A stretch of DNA of 60,188 nucleotides, from the NCBI GenBank assembly GCA_005880575.1, contig VBIZ01000109.1:1-60188 (forward strand), read 5' to 3'. This document shows, one piece after another, positions 27,250 through 35,866 of this stretch; within the stretch, counting starts at the first letter, position 1, and each line of letters opens with the position of its first letter. A program made the position numbers and the translations under genes. The notes beneath the pieces are model-generated. The model was given only the letters and a program-made list of their open reading frames with translations, had not been told where the DNA came from and did not search any database. The stretch is from Chloroflexota bacterium (GTDB taxonomy: Bacteria; Chloroflexota; Limnocylindria; P2-11E).

Positions 27250-28162
27250 GAGCGCACTGGCGAGCCTTCTCGGATCCGGCGAGTTCGTCGTCACGGCGGA
27301 GCTCAATCCGCCGAAGAGCGCCGCGGCCGGCCTGGTGCGGCGGCGGGCCGAGGCGCTCAAGGGTGTCGTCGATGCGGTCAACGTCACCGACAGCAACCGG
27401 GCGATGGTCGCGATGGCCGCCATCCCCGCCGCGACGCTCGTCCGCAGCGTCGGCCTCGAGCCCATCGTTCAGATGACCGGCCGCGATCGCAACCGGATCG
27501 CCCTGCAGGCCGACGTGCTCGGCGCGGCGGCGATCGGCATCGAGAACTTCGTGTTCATGAGCGGCGACGACCCGAAGCAGGGCAGCCATCCCGAGGCCGT
27601 ATTCGTGAAGGACCTCGATGGGGTCGGCCTGGTGAAGATGGCCGTGGGAATGCGCGACCTCGCGCACTTCCTTTCAGGCGACGAGATCAAACAACCGCCG
27701 AAGATGCTCATCGGCGCGACGGCTTCGCCGTTCGCGAAGCCGATGGAGTCCGACGTCACGAAGACGCTGGACAAGATCGCGGCCGGCGCCGACTTCCTCC
27801 AGACCCAGCCCGTCTTCGATCTCGCGACGTTCAGTCGGTGGCTTGTCGAGGTGCGCCGCGGCGCCTCTCGCGAGGTCCCGACGATCGCGGGCGTGCTCAT
27901 CCTTCGCTCGCCGGAGCAGGCGGAGCGGCTCGCCAAGGTTCCCGGGGTTGCCATCGGTCCGGAGGTGCTCGACCGTCTGAAGAAGGCGGACGACGCCGAA
28001 TCCGAAGGAATCGCGATCGCTGTGCAAATGGTGAAGGCTCTCAGGGCTCTGCCCGGCGTGCGCGGCGTGCATCTCTATGCGATCGAGTGGCCGGAGGCGG
28101 TCGTGCGCGTCGTGGACGCGGCAGGACTCCTCCCGAGGCCGGATGCGAGGGTGGTGGCATGA
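27248..28162 (+). CDS. metF: Methylenetetrahydrofolate reductase (MetF family)
   Basis: Motifs VVTAELNPPKS, VNVTD and QMTGRDRN...FVFMSGDDP. TTG start. Confidence 0.85.
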   Translation: MSALASLLGSGEFVVTAELNPPKSAAAGLVRRRAEALKGVVDAVNVTDSNRAMVAMAAIPAATLVRSVGLEPIVQMTGRDRNRIALQADVLGAAAIGIENFVFMSGDDPKQGSHPEAVFVKDLDGVGLVKMAVGMRDLAHFLSGDEIKQPPKMLIGATASPFAKPMESDVTKTLDKIAAGADFLQTQPVFDLATFSRWLVEVRRGASREVPTIAGVLILRSPEQAERLAKVPGVAIGPEVLDRLKKADDAESEGIAIAVQMVKALRALPGVRGVHLYAIEWPEAVVRVVDAAGLLPRPDARVVA

Positions 28163-29145
28163 CGATCAAGACGACCGTGATCGGCGCGTATCCGAAGATC
28201 GGCGAGGGCCTCGACGGGCAGGAGCTGCGACGCGCGCTCCATCGGCACGACCGGGGCGAGATCAGCACCGCGGACCTCGACAAGGTGTTCGACGACACGA
28301 CGCGGAGCGCGATCGGCGAGATCGAGTCCGCAGGGATCGATGTAACCAACGACGCCCAGATCCGCTGGGACGATCTCCTCTCGCCATTCGCGCGCGCGTG
28401 GTCGGGCGTGGATCCGGGTCCCCTCGAGCGGTTCTACGACAACAACACCTACTTCCGGCAGCCGGTGATCGATGGCCCCATCCAGACCGACGGTCGTTCT
28501 CTGGTGCGCGACTACACCTTCGCGCGCGGAGTCGCGAAATCGACGCTCAAGGCCGCGATCCCAGGGCCGCTGACCTTCGCGACACTCGTTGCGCGTGACG
28601 AGCAGTACCGCTCGCTGGAGGACCGCGTCCTCGCCGTCGCGGACGCTACCGCGAAGGAGATCGCGGGGTTGAAGGCGGCAGGAGCGACGATGATCGACAT
28701 CGAGGATCCGGCCGTCGTCGCGTCGCCGAAGCACATCGAGCTCGCGCGCGAGGCGTACGGGCGCTTCGCGGATCCGGATCTCGCGCTGACCCTGGTCACC
28801 TACTTCTTCCCGGCCGATGCGGTGCTCGAGTCGCTCGCCTCATTCCCGGTCGCGGCGGTCGGCATCGACGTGCGGAGCCGTGACACGACCGCGTTCGACA
28901 GGCTCGACGCGTTCCGGACGCATTACGTGCTCGTCGGAGTTGTAGACGCGCGGAACACACGCCTCGAGACGGCCGATGAGGTCGCGCGCTACGCCGAGCG
29001 GGCCCTCAAGCTCGTGCCGCAGGAACGGCTCGTCCTTGCGACGACCACATCCCTCGAATATCTGCCGCGCGACGTAGCCCGCGCCAAACTGACGGCTCTC
29101 GTCGAAGGCGCGCGACTTGTCTCCGGAGAGAAGGTGCTCGCGTGA
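28159..29145 (+). CDS. Stand-alone MetE N-terminal-domain-like protein (Meth_synt_1-like half)
   Basis: Motifs TTVIGAYPKIG...ESAGIDVTNDAQIRWDD...FYDNNTYFRQPVI, a UROD/MetE-type barrel pattern without zinc ligands. ATGA overlap with metF. Confidence 0.7.
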   Translation: MTIKTTVIGAYPKIGEGLDGQELRRALHRHDRGEISTADLDKVFDDTTRSAIGEIESAGIDVTNDAQIRWDDLLSPFARAWSGVDPGPLERFYDNNTYFRQPVIDGPIQTDGRSLVRDYTFARGVAKSTLKAAIPGPLTFATLVARDEQYRSLEDRVLAVADATAKEIAGLKAAGATMIDIEDPAVVASPKHIELAREAYGRFADPDLALTLVTYFFPADAVLESLASFPVAAVGIDVRSRDTTAFDRLDAFRTHYVLVGVVDARNTRLETADEVARYAERALKLVPQERLVLATTTSLEYLPRDVARAKLTALVEGARLVSGEKVLA

Positions 29146-30125
29146 CTGACAACCTGTTGCTGACGACGACGGTCGGCTCCTTCGGGAAGCCCGAGTACTT
29201 GACGAAGGCGCGCGCCCAGGCCGCGCGCGGGAAGCTCGGTTCCACGGAGCTCGAGGAGCTCGAGCGCAAGGCGACGGCCGAGTGGATCCGCCGGCAGGAG
29301 GACATCGGGCTCGACGTCCTCGTCGACGGCGAGATGTACCGCGGCGACATGGTCGCGTACTTCGCCGAGCGTCTCGAGGGCTTCAAGATCGGCGGCCTCG
29401 TGCGGTCGTACGGCAACCGCTACTACCACAAGCCGGTGATCGCGGGAAAGGTTGCGCGTCCTACCCCAATGACCGTGAGCTGGTTCGAATACGCGCAGTC
29501 GCTGACCTCGAAGCCGGTGAAGGGAATGCTCACCGGTCCGTACACACTTCTCGACTGGTCGTACAACGAGGCGTACCCGACCCGCCGGGACGCGGTGCTC
29601 GCGCTGGCCGAGATCGTCCGGGATGAAGCGCGCGACCTCGAGCGCGCCGGCGCGAAGTACATCCAGATCGACGAGCCCGCGATCCACGCACGGCCTGAAG
29701 AGATTGAGATCGCCATCGAGGCCATGGGCATCGTGACCGCCGGCCTTTCGGCGAAGACGATCTCGCACATCTGCTACGGCGACTTCGCGGCAATCTATCC
29801 GCAGGTGCTCGACCTTCCCGTCGACCAGCTCGATCTTGCGATGGCGAACTACGGCTACCGCTGGCTCGACCTCTTCGATCGCAATCCGTTCACCAAGGAG
29901 CTCGCGATCGGGATCGTCGACGTGCACGCGCACGAGACGGAGACGGTCGAGGTGGCCGCGGAAGGCATCCGCAAGGGCCTTCGCTATGTGCGAGCTGAGA
30001 AGCTCTGGCCGCACCCCGACTGCGGGCTCAAGACGCGGACCGTCGAGGAGAGCGTCGAGAAGTGCGTCGCGGTCGTCGAGGCGACGAAGGTCGTGCGCAA
30101 GGAGCTCGCCAAGGTCCCGGCGTGA
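29142..30125 (+). CDS. metE: Cobalamin-independent methionine synthase catalytic (C-terminal) domain protein, a short or core MetE
   Basis: Motifs TTTVGSFGKPEYL, DVLVDGEMYRGDMV, IQIDEPA, and zinc ligands HICYGDF and HPDCGLKTR. GTGA overlap with the upstream half. Confidence 0.85.
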   Translation: MTDNLLLTTTVGSFGKPEYLTKARAQAARGKLGSTELEELERKATAEWIRRQEDIGLDVLVDGEMYRGDMVAYFAERLEGFKIGGLVRSYGNRYYHKPVIAGKVARPTPMTVSWFEYAQSLTSKPVKGMLTGPYTLLDWSYNEAYPTRRDAVLALAEIVRDEARDLERAGAKYIQIDEPAIHARPEEIEIAIEAMGIVTAGLSAKTISHICYGDFAAIYPQVLDLPVDQLDLAMANYGYRWLDLFDRNPFTKELAIGIVDVHAHETETVEVAAEGIRKGLRYVRAEKLWPHPDCGLKTRTVEESVEKCVAVVEATKVVRKELAKVPA

Positions 30126-30192
30126 TCTCCTCGCCGGATTGAGGCCTTCCTCGCGCGCGATCGCTTTCGCCTGGGCTGGTCTTGCCGTCGGG

Positions 30193-30345
30193 GGCTGGAC
30201 CGCCCTAGCGAACATTCGATGGGACTAACGAATTCGACTGCTGCGCTCCATTCCATTGATGGTGCCGAGTCGGTGATCACGAAAGAACGCTGGGCCGAGC
30301 TCTACCGTTTGGAGTTCCCACGCGTCTATCGCGCCCTGCTCGCCG
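30193..30345 (+). repeat. Direct repeat copy 1 (153 bp)
   Basis: Identical to 30694..30846 except for one position (C 30213 versus G 30714). The offset is exactly 501 bp. Confidence 0.92.
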
Positions 30346-30359
30346 CACCGTCGCCTTGA
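30219..30359 (+). pseudogene. Duplicated 5' fragment of the ECF sigma gene: 42 identical codons, then 4 unique codons (APSP) and TGA
   Basis: Encodes MGLTNSTAALHSIDGAESVITKERWAELYRLEFPRVYRALLA, identical to residues 1-42 of the ORF at 30720. The similarity ends inside sigma region 2. Confidence 0.6.
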
Positions 30360-30709
30360 TGGGTCTCGGAAGGCTGAGCGGCTGTCCGATCATGGGCGAC
30401 CCGACGGGCTCGATCGACTTCGAGAACGCGGATTCCGTTCCTCTGATCCTCTATCCCGAGGGGGTCGGCGTGCCGAGCGTCCGCCGCGTCATAGCGCCCG
30501 GCAATGGCACGGGATGGGGATACCTCGTGAGCTGCGGTTCGCAACGGCGGGATAGCGAGGTGCGGGTAACGATCGGTGCGGAGTACGGCGGCGCTTGGGT
30601 CTACTGCCGGGAGGTGACCCGGGGCGAGATGGATCACCGGCCCACTCTCGTCATCCGACGCGGCGACCTTCAATGCGAGCCCAAATACGCTCCGGCTGGA
30701 CCGCCCTAG
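30359..30709 (+). CDS. Hypothetical 116-aa protein encoded in the unique segment between the two repeat copies
   Basis: The ATG overlaps the stop of the sigma fragment (TGATG). GC3 is reasonably high. The last 4 codons and the stop lie inside repeat copy 2. No family recognised. Confidence 0.45.
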   Translation: MGLGRLSGCPIMGDPTGSIDFENADSVPLILYPEGVGVPSVRRVIAPGNGTGWGYLVSCGSQRRDSEVRVTIGAEYGGAWVYCREVTRGEMDHRPTLVIRRGDLQCEPKYAPAGPP

Positions 30710-30846
30710 CGAAGATTCGATGGGACTAACGAATTCGACTGCTGCGCTCCATTCCATTGATGGTGCCGAGTCGGTGATCACGAAAGAACGCTGGGCCGAG
30801 CTCTACCGTTTGGAGTTCCCACGCGTCTATCGCGCCCTGCTCGCCG
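30694..30846 (+). repeat. Direct repeat copy 2 (153 bp)
   Basis: See copy 1. This copy contains 26 nt of leader plus the first 42 codons of the intact sigma gene. Confidence 0.92.
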
Positions 30847-31244
30847 TACTTCGCGACCCTGACCGGGCCCTCGACGCTCTGCAAGACGCATTCGTCGCGG
30901 GGCTGCGCAAGCCGCCGGCCGCGGACGATGCCCTCGGGGGCTGGCTTTTCGTCGTGGCCGTCCGTTCCGCGCGGCGCGGACTCGGGCGGCAGTTGTTGCG
31001 CCTCGATCACGCCCGGTCGCGAGTGTCGAAGGACGAGATCGAAGCCTCCCTCGATCGCATGGAAGTCGGAAGGCTCCTCGCTGGCCTGACCGAGCGCCAG
31101 CGCGCGATGGTCGTAGCGCAGTTCTACCTCGGTCTCGATCACCGCGAGATCGCGCGGCATTTCGGCGTCAAGTCCGGGACCGTAAGCGCGACGCTCGCGC
31201 AGGCGAAAGCGCGCATGCGCGCGGAGGTGCGAAATGCTTCCTGA
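30720..31244 (+). CDS. ECF-type RNA polymerase sigma-70 family factor
   Basis: Region 2 (FPRVYRALLAVL...DALQDAFV...WLFVVAVRSARR) and region 4 HTH (LTERQRAMVVAQFYLGLDHREIARHFGVKSGTVSATLAQAKARMR). Confidence 0.85.
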   Translation: MGLTNSTAALHSIDGAESVITKERWAELYRLEFPRVYRALLAVLRDPDRALDALQDAFVAGLRKPPAADDALGGWLFVVAVRSARRGLGRQLLRLDHARSRVSKDEIEASLDRMEVGRLLAGLTERQRAMVVAQFYLGLDHREIARHFGVKSGTVSATLAQAKARMRAEVRNAS

Positions 31245-31971
31245 GCTCAGCATCGAGCGAATCTTTCGCCGCGAGCTCGACTCGCTTCCATTGCCGCCGG
31301 AGGGTTCGTGGACGCCGAACCGAACCTCCACGAGACGCTCGATCCCGTTGGCGGTCCTTGTCGTTGCCGCCATGGTCGTGCTCGTTGTCGGCGCCGCGAT
31401 CACGATCCGCGAGGCCGGCGACGCTGCCGCAACGGGTCGGCGCGGCCCAAGCACAGCACCACTCCTCAACGTTCCACACCCCACCTGTCTGCGTGGGGGG
31501 TGCAATGTCTATCGGAGCGATGCCTTCGGCTACGGCATCGTGCTGCCCGAGAATTGGCGAGTCGCGCCGCCGGTCCCCGGCGCCACGGCGCCGACCGGCC
31601 GGCTGGACCGGGTCGAGTTCACACGTCAGACGCCCGACGAGTGGACGCGCGCGTTTGGAGTCGGCCTGGTCGTTCCGTGGGATGTGGTGGTAGAAGTGCG
31701 CGAGCGTCGAGGGGCCCTCGCCAGGGATGTCGCGCAAGCCGACGGATGCGGCGCGTCCCCCTGCGTGGCCGGCGAAACGACATTGAGTCAGTCGCCCGCC
31801 TATATCGCATCGTGGCCTATTTCACCTTTACTGCGGATGAACGCCTACTACATCGAACGGGGAGATCGGATGCTCGTCCTCCGCTACGTGACGGAAGTGG
31901 GCCGCGACGGTCCGCACGGCGTGACCGAACGAACGCTGCAGCAGATCGTCGACTCGATTTCGCTCGACTAG
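31234..31971 (+). CDS. Putative anti-sigma factor: a single-pass membrane protein with an extracytoplasmic domain
   Basis: Overlaps the sigma gene by 11 nt. One TM helix (IPLAVLVVAAMVVLVVGAAI) after a short cytoplasmic N-terminus. The C-terminal domain is unassigned. Confidence 0.55.
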   Translation: MLPELSIERIFRRELDSLPLPPEGSWTPNRTSTRRSIPLAVLVVAAMVVLVVGAAITIREAGDAAATGRRGPSTAPLLNVPHPTCLRGGCNVYRSDAFGYGIVLPENWRVAPPVPGATAPTGRLDRVEFTRQTPDEWTRAFGVGLVVPWDVVVEVRERRGALARDVAQADGCGASPCVAGETTLSQSPAYIASWPISPLLRMNAYYIERGDRMLVLRYVTEVGRDGPHGVTERTLQQIVDSISLD

Positions 31972-31978
31972 CCGCGAG

Positions 31979-32332
31979 CTACTTGCGCTTGCCCTTCTTA
32001 GGCTTCTTCTTCCCGGCTTTCTTCTCTGCGCGCGCACGGCGGGAACGCGGAGAGAGCGGGGCCAGGATGGCTTTGGCGATCGCGACCACCGGGGAGGGCG
32101 GCGCGACGACGATGGGTTCGATGCGCGGCGCTACGGTCGTTCGCTGGATGAAGTAGACGGTCCCGGTCGGGGCTGTCATGTTCAGGTGCCGGACCTCGAG
32201 CTCGGCCTCCGCGAAGTGGTGCACCACGCGGCGGACGCTCACGTTCTCGGGGCGCGGTGTGAAGTTGCGAAACGAGTCGAGGCGAACGACGGCAAAGGCG
32301 TCCTGCTGTTCGGGGGTTCGTGTCGTCGCCAC
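31979..32332 (-). CDS. Hypothetical protein with a lysine-rich C-terminal tail
   Basis: Starts 12 nt after the helicase stop. Tail is AEKKAGKKKPKKGKRK. High GC3. Confidence 0.5.
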   Translation of the reverse strand: MATTRTPEQQDAFAVVRLDSFRNFTPRPENVSVRRVVHHFAEAELEVRHLNMTAPTGTVYFIQRTTVAPRIEPIVVAPPSPVVAIAKAILAPLSPRSRRARAEKKAGKKKPKKGKRK

Positions 32333-32344
32333 GCCGAGAGGTTA

Positions 32345-33484
32345 CTAGCGGTCGTAGAGCTCGAGGATCTCCCGGCGGAAGGGCACGCCCGCCTTGGCAC
32401 GAAGTTGATCGAACTGGTCGAAGTCCCACTCCCCCACAAAGGTGACGGCGACGCCTGTCTTGCCGGCGCGCCCGGTCCTGCCGACGCGGTGGGTAAACAC
32501 CTCGGCGTCCTCGGGAAGGTCGTAGTTAACGACATGGCTGATGTCTTCGATGTGCAGACCTCTCGCGGCGACGTTCGTCGCGATGAGCACGTGGAGGTCC
32601 CCTTCGCGGAACCGCTCCAGGGTGCGCTCGCGCTCCCGCTGGGTCATGTCGCCGTGGATGGCGGCAACGTTGTGCTTCTTCTTGCGTAGCTTCTCCTCGA
32701 GGTCGTCGACGCCACGCTTGGTGTGCCGAAAGACGAGCACCTGATCGGTTTCGTAGCGACGGAGAAGCTCCTCGAGCGCGCGGACCTTGTCCTGTTCGAG
32801 CACCTCGACGTACACCTGATCGATGCTGTCGACGTTCTGTTTTTCCGGCTCGATCGCGACCTCGACGGCGTTGTGGCTGAAGCGCCCGGCGAGCTCGCGC
32901 ACGTCGGCGACGAGCGTCGCGCTGAAGAGCGCGGTCTGGCGCCGTTCCGGTGCTCGGCGGAGCAGCCGCCGCACCTCGGGCGCGAAGCCCATGTCCAGGA
33001 GCCGGTCGGCCTCGTCGAGCACGACCACGAAGAGGCCCGAGAGATCGAGATTCCCCTTCTCGATGTGGTCGAGCAGGCGGCCCGGCGTACCGATCACGAT
33101 CTGCGTCCCGCGCGCGAGCGCCCGCTCCTGCGGACCGTAGGGGACGCCCCCGTAGATCGCGACCTCGTGCGATTTTCGGTACTTCCCGATCGCGCCGAAC
33201 TCGCGCGTCACCTGGAGCGCGAGCTCGCGAGTCGGCACGACCACCAGAGCCTGTGGCCTCTTCATGGTCGCGTCGACCTTCTCGAGGATGGGGATGGCGA
33301 AGGCGGCGGTCTTGCCGGTGCCGGTCTGGGCCTGGGCGAAGAGATCGCGGCCCGCCTGCAGGACCGGGATGGCCCGCGTCTGGACGGGCGTGGGCGCCAT
33401 GAAGCCAAGCTCGTCGATGGCGCGGGAAATGTCGGGATGGATCACAAGCTCGCCGAAGCGAGCGGTCGGTGGTGCGAGGGTCAA
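32345..33484 (-). CDS. DEAD-box ATP-dependent RNA helicase core
   Basis: Q motif, AQTGTGKTAAF, VLDEADRLLDMGF, SAT, HGDMTQRERE and ARGLHIEDISHVVNYDLP. Confidence 0.92.
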   Translation of the reverse strand: MTLAPPTARFGELVIHPDISRAIDELGFMAPTPVQTRAIPVLQAGRDLFAQAQTGTGKTAAFAIPILEKVDATMKRPQALVVVPTRELALQVTREFGAIGKYRKSHEVAIYGGVPYGPQERALARGTQIVIGTPGRLLDHIEKGNLDLSGLFVVVLDEADRLLDMGFAPEVRRLLRRAPERRQTALFSATLVADVRELAGRFSHNAVEVAIEPEKQNVDSIDQVYVEVLEQDKVRALEELLRRYETDQVLVFRHTKRGVDDLEEKLRKKKHNVAAIHGDMTQRERERTLERFREGDLHVLIATNVAARGLHIEDISHVVNYDLPEDAEVFTHRVGRTGRAGKTGVAVTFVGEWDFDQFDQLRAKAGVPFRREILELYDR

Positions 33485-33509
33485 TGTGTCTCCGGTTTTG
33501 ATTTACATG

Positions 33510-34043
33510 TTAACCGCTGAAATGCTCGCGGTGAACGAGCTCTTCCAACGGAAGGCGATTCAGTTTGGCGACGATCTTCTCGGGATCGGCGGTGGGCCGC
33601 GGCCGTGGCTGGCCGGGAGCGGGGTAACCGAGGGTGATGATCGTCGCGACCGCGGCTTCGGGCGGAACGCCCAGGTCCTGACGCATCCGATCGTGCTCGT
33701 CGGGGCGCACCGAATTCGGACAGCTGCCGACACCGAGAGCCCACGCCGCCACCATCATGTCTTGCGCCACGCGCCCGGCGTCGAAACGGAGGCGTTCGTT
33801 CAGGAGCACGACCGCGATCGCGACCGCACACCGGTCGAGGTTCCGCGGCGCCATCATCGCTCGCGCGAGATCGTGCCGATGTTCGCGGTCCACCAGGACG
33901 ATGAAACGCCACGGCTGGCTGTTCTTGGCGCTCCCGGTCGCTCGGCCGGCCTGCAGGATCTTTGTAAGCACGTCCTCCGGTACCGGACGATCGAGGTACT
34001 CGCGTACCTCGCGCTTCGCAACGACAGCCAGATAGGCGTCCAT
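33510..34043 (-). CDS. Nitroreductase-family protein
   Basis: Motif GRATGSAKNSQPWRFIVL. The start is taken at the MDAYLAV ATG; the tracked ORF extends to 34085. Confidence 0.8.
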   Translation of the reverse strand: MDAYLAVVAKREVREYLDRPVPEDVLTKILQAGRATGSAKNSQPWRFIVLVDREHRHDLARAMMAPRNLDRCAVAIAVVLLNERLRFDAGRVAQDMMVAAWALGVGSCPNSVRPDEHDRMRQDLGVPPEAAVATIITLGYPAPGQPRPRPTADPEKIVAKLNRLPLEELVHREHFSG

Positions 34044-34126
34044 CGCACTCCAGTATCCCTGTCGTGATCTAGCCACAGCCGCCACGCGTATTTCGGGCGG
34101 CTCGTAGAAAACGGGGAGGTATCGCT

Positions 34127-34645
34127 ATGCGCGCCAAACTGCTCGTGCTCTCGATCGTTGCTCTCGCGATCCTTTCGGTCGCCGTCGCGGGCATCGTCGC
34201 CGCGAATGACAAGAGCCGTTTCAAGACGGCGCTTACTGGCTACGAAGAGACGCCATCGGTCTCGAGCGCGGGAAGTGGGGACTTCACCGCGACCGTCGAC
34301 GATGAGAACCAGATCATTCACTACACACTCACATTCGCGAACCTGAACGGCAATGTGCTGTTCGCCCACGTTCACTTCGGCCAGCGCGGCGTTGCGGGGG
34401 GCGTCGCCGCCTTCCTCTGCGGCGGTGGCAGCAAGCCCGCCCCGTGCGTTCCCGGGACGACGATCAGCGGCACGATCACTCCTGCGGACGTGATCGGTCC
34501 CGCCGGACAGGGGATCGCGCCCGGCGAATGGAACGAGCTCGTCGCCGCGATCCGGGCGGGGGTCGCGTACGCGAACGTTCACTCGACGACGCAGCCGGGT
34601 GGCGAGATCCGTGGCCAGATCAACGACAAGGACCAGCGGGACTAG
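34127..34645 (+). CDS. Secreted CHRD-domain protein
   Basis: Signal or anchor helix, then LTGYEETPSVSS.GSG, AHVHFGQRGVAGGV and YANVHSTTQPGGEIRGQI, which is the CHRD pattern. Confidence 0.8.
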   Translation: MRAKLLVLSIVALAILSVAVAGIVAANDKSRFKTALTGYEETPSVSSAGSGDFTATVDDENQIIHYTLTFANLNGNVLFAHVHFGQRGVAGGVAAFLCGGGSKPAPCVPGTTISGTITPADVIGPAGQGIAPGEWNELVAAIRAGVAYANVHSTTQPGGEIRGQINDKDQRD

Positions 34646-34652
34646 CGACGCG

Positions 34653-34686
34653 CGAGGGGCGGCATCGGGCCGCCCCTCGGCTTTAT
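34653..34686 (+). terminator. Intrinsic terminator after the CHRD gene
   Basis: An 11-bp perfect GC-rich stem CGAGGGGCGGC/GCCGCCCCTCG with a 5-nt loop, followed by GCTTTAT. Confidence 0.6.
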
Positions 34687-34695
34687 GCTCGGAAC

Positions 34696-35856
34696 GTGCC
34701 AGGCTCGATCCGCATAGCGCGCATCTTCGGCATCGACATCAACATCCACTTCTCGTGGATCGTGATCTTCTTCTTCCTCGTGACGAACCTCTCGGACTCG
34801 TTCTACCCCGACCAGTTCCCGAAGTGGTCACGCGAGAAGACCTTCGTCGTCTCCGCGGTCAGCGCCTTGCTCTTCTTCGCTTCGGTCGTCGCGCACGAGC
34901 TCGCGCACTCGTTGGTGGCCCGTCGATTCCAAATGTCCGTTTCGTCGATCACGCTCTTCATGCTCGGCGGTGTCGCCAGCCTGAAGAGCGAGCCTCCGTC
35001 CGCGAAAGCCGAGCTGTTCATGGCGGCAGCTGGGCCTCTGACAAGCATCGTCATCGGCGTGGCGGGTCTGGCCATCGCATTCGCCGCCGATGCGAACCAA
35101 ACGAGCGCATCGTGGCGGCAGGTCGTCGGCGGTGTGGCCGGGTACCTCGGGCCGATCAATCTGATCGTCGCCGTCTTCAATCTCGTGCCGGGGTTCCCGC
35201 TCGACGGTGGTCGCGTGCTCCGCGCGGCTATCTGGGGCATCACCAAGGACCGCTCGCGGGCGACGGGGATCGCCGCGCGTGGCGGCCAGCTCTTCGCAGG
35301 CCTGCTCTTCGCCGCCGGGGTGGCGTTCCTCTTCGGTATCGGGGTCCCGCAGAACAACGTGCAGGGACTGCTGTACGGCTTCATCGCCTATTTCCTCTGG
35401 AACGCCGCCGCCTCGTCGCTCCAGCAGGAGCGGCTCGCATCCGTGGTCGGCGGGACGACCGTCGGGTCTCTCATGACAACCGACTTCCGCTCCACACCGC
35501 CCGCGGTCATGGTCGGCCAGCTCATCCGCGACCTGGTCCTACCGATGAACCTTCGGGCGATCCCGGTCGTTTCCGGCGACCGGCTCGTCGGCCTCGTCAC
35601 GATCGGCGACCTCCGCAAGGTCGAGCAGGATCGCTGGCCCGCGACACCGGTCGAAGAGGTGATGACCCCGGCCTCCGAGCTCGCGACCGTATCGCCCGAC
35701 GATCCTCTCGGCGCGGCGCTCGAGCGATTCGGCGCCGACGATCTGCCGCTCCTGCCGGTCATCAAGGATAGCCGGCTCGTCGGTCTCCTGTACCGCGAGG
35801 CGGTCGTCGGCTACGTGCGGATGCGGGAGATGGTCGGACTCCAGGGTCGCCGCTGA
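34696..35856 (+). CDS. M50 site-2 protease family metalloprotease with a C-terminal CBS pair
   Basis: HELAHS (HExxH) within TM helices, the NLVPGFPLDGGR motif, and a C-terminal tandem CBS-like region. GTG 34696. Confidence 0.85.
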   Translation: MPGSIRIARIFGIDINIHFSWIVIFFFLVTNLSDSFYPDQFPKWSREKTFVVSAVSALLFFASVVAHELAHSLVARRFQMSVSSITLFMLGGVASLKSEPPSAKAELFMAAAGPLTSIVIGVAGLAIAFAADANQTSASWRQVVGGVAGYLGPINLIVAVFNLVPGFPLDGGRVLRAAIWGITKDRSRATGIAARGGQLFAGLLFAAGVAFLFGIGVPQNNVQGLLYGFIAYFLWNAAASSLQQERLASVVGGTTVGSLMTTDFRSTPPAVMVGQLIRDLVLPMNLRAIPVVSGDRLVGLVTIGDLRKVEQDRWPATPVEEVMTPASELATVSPDDPLGAALERFGADDLPLLPVIKDSRLVGLLYREAVVGYVRMREMVGLQGRR

Positions 35857-35866
35857 AGCGCGCGGA

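Noticed and set aside
27226-28158. The 5' extension of the tracked ORF 27226..29145, which overlaps metF
   Set aside because: It is out of frame with metF, which has clear MetF motifs, and it is an R/G/A-rich translation. The MetE N-half homology starts at ATG 28159.
30193-30846. The 153-bp repeat pair considered as a diversity-generating retroelement TR/VR pair, or as insertion-sequence ends
   Set aside because: The only mismatch is C versus G, not adenine-specific, and it lies outside the coding part. No reverse transcriptase, transposase, terminal inverted repeats or short target-site duplication are present. The structure is kept as a duplication finding instead.
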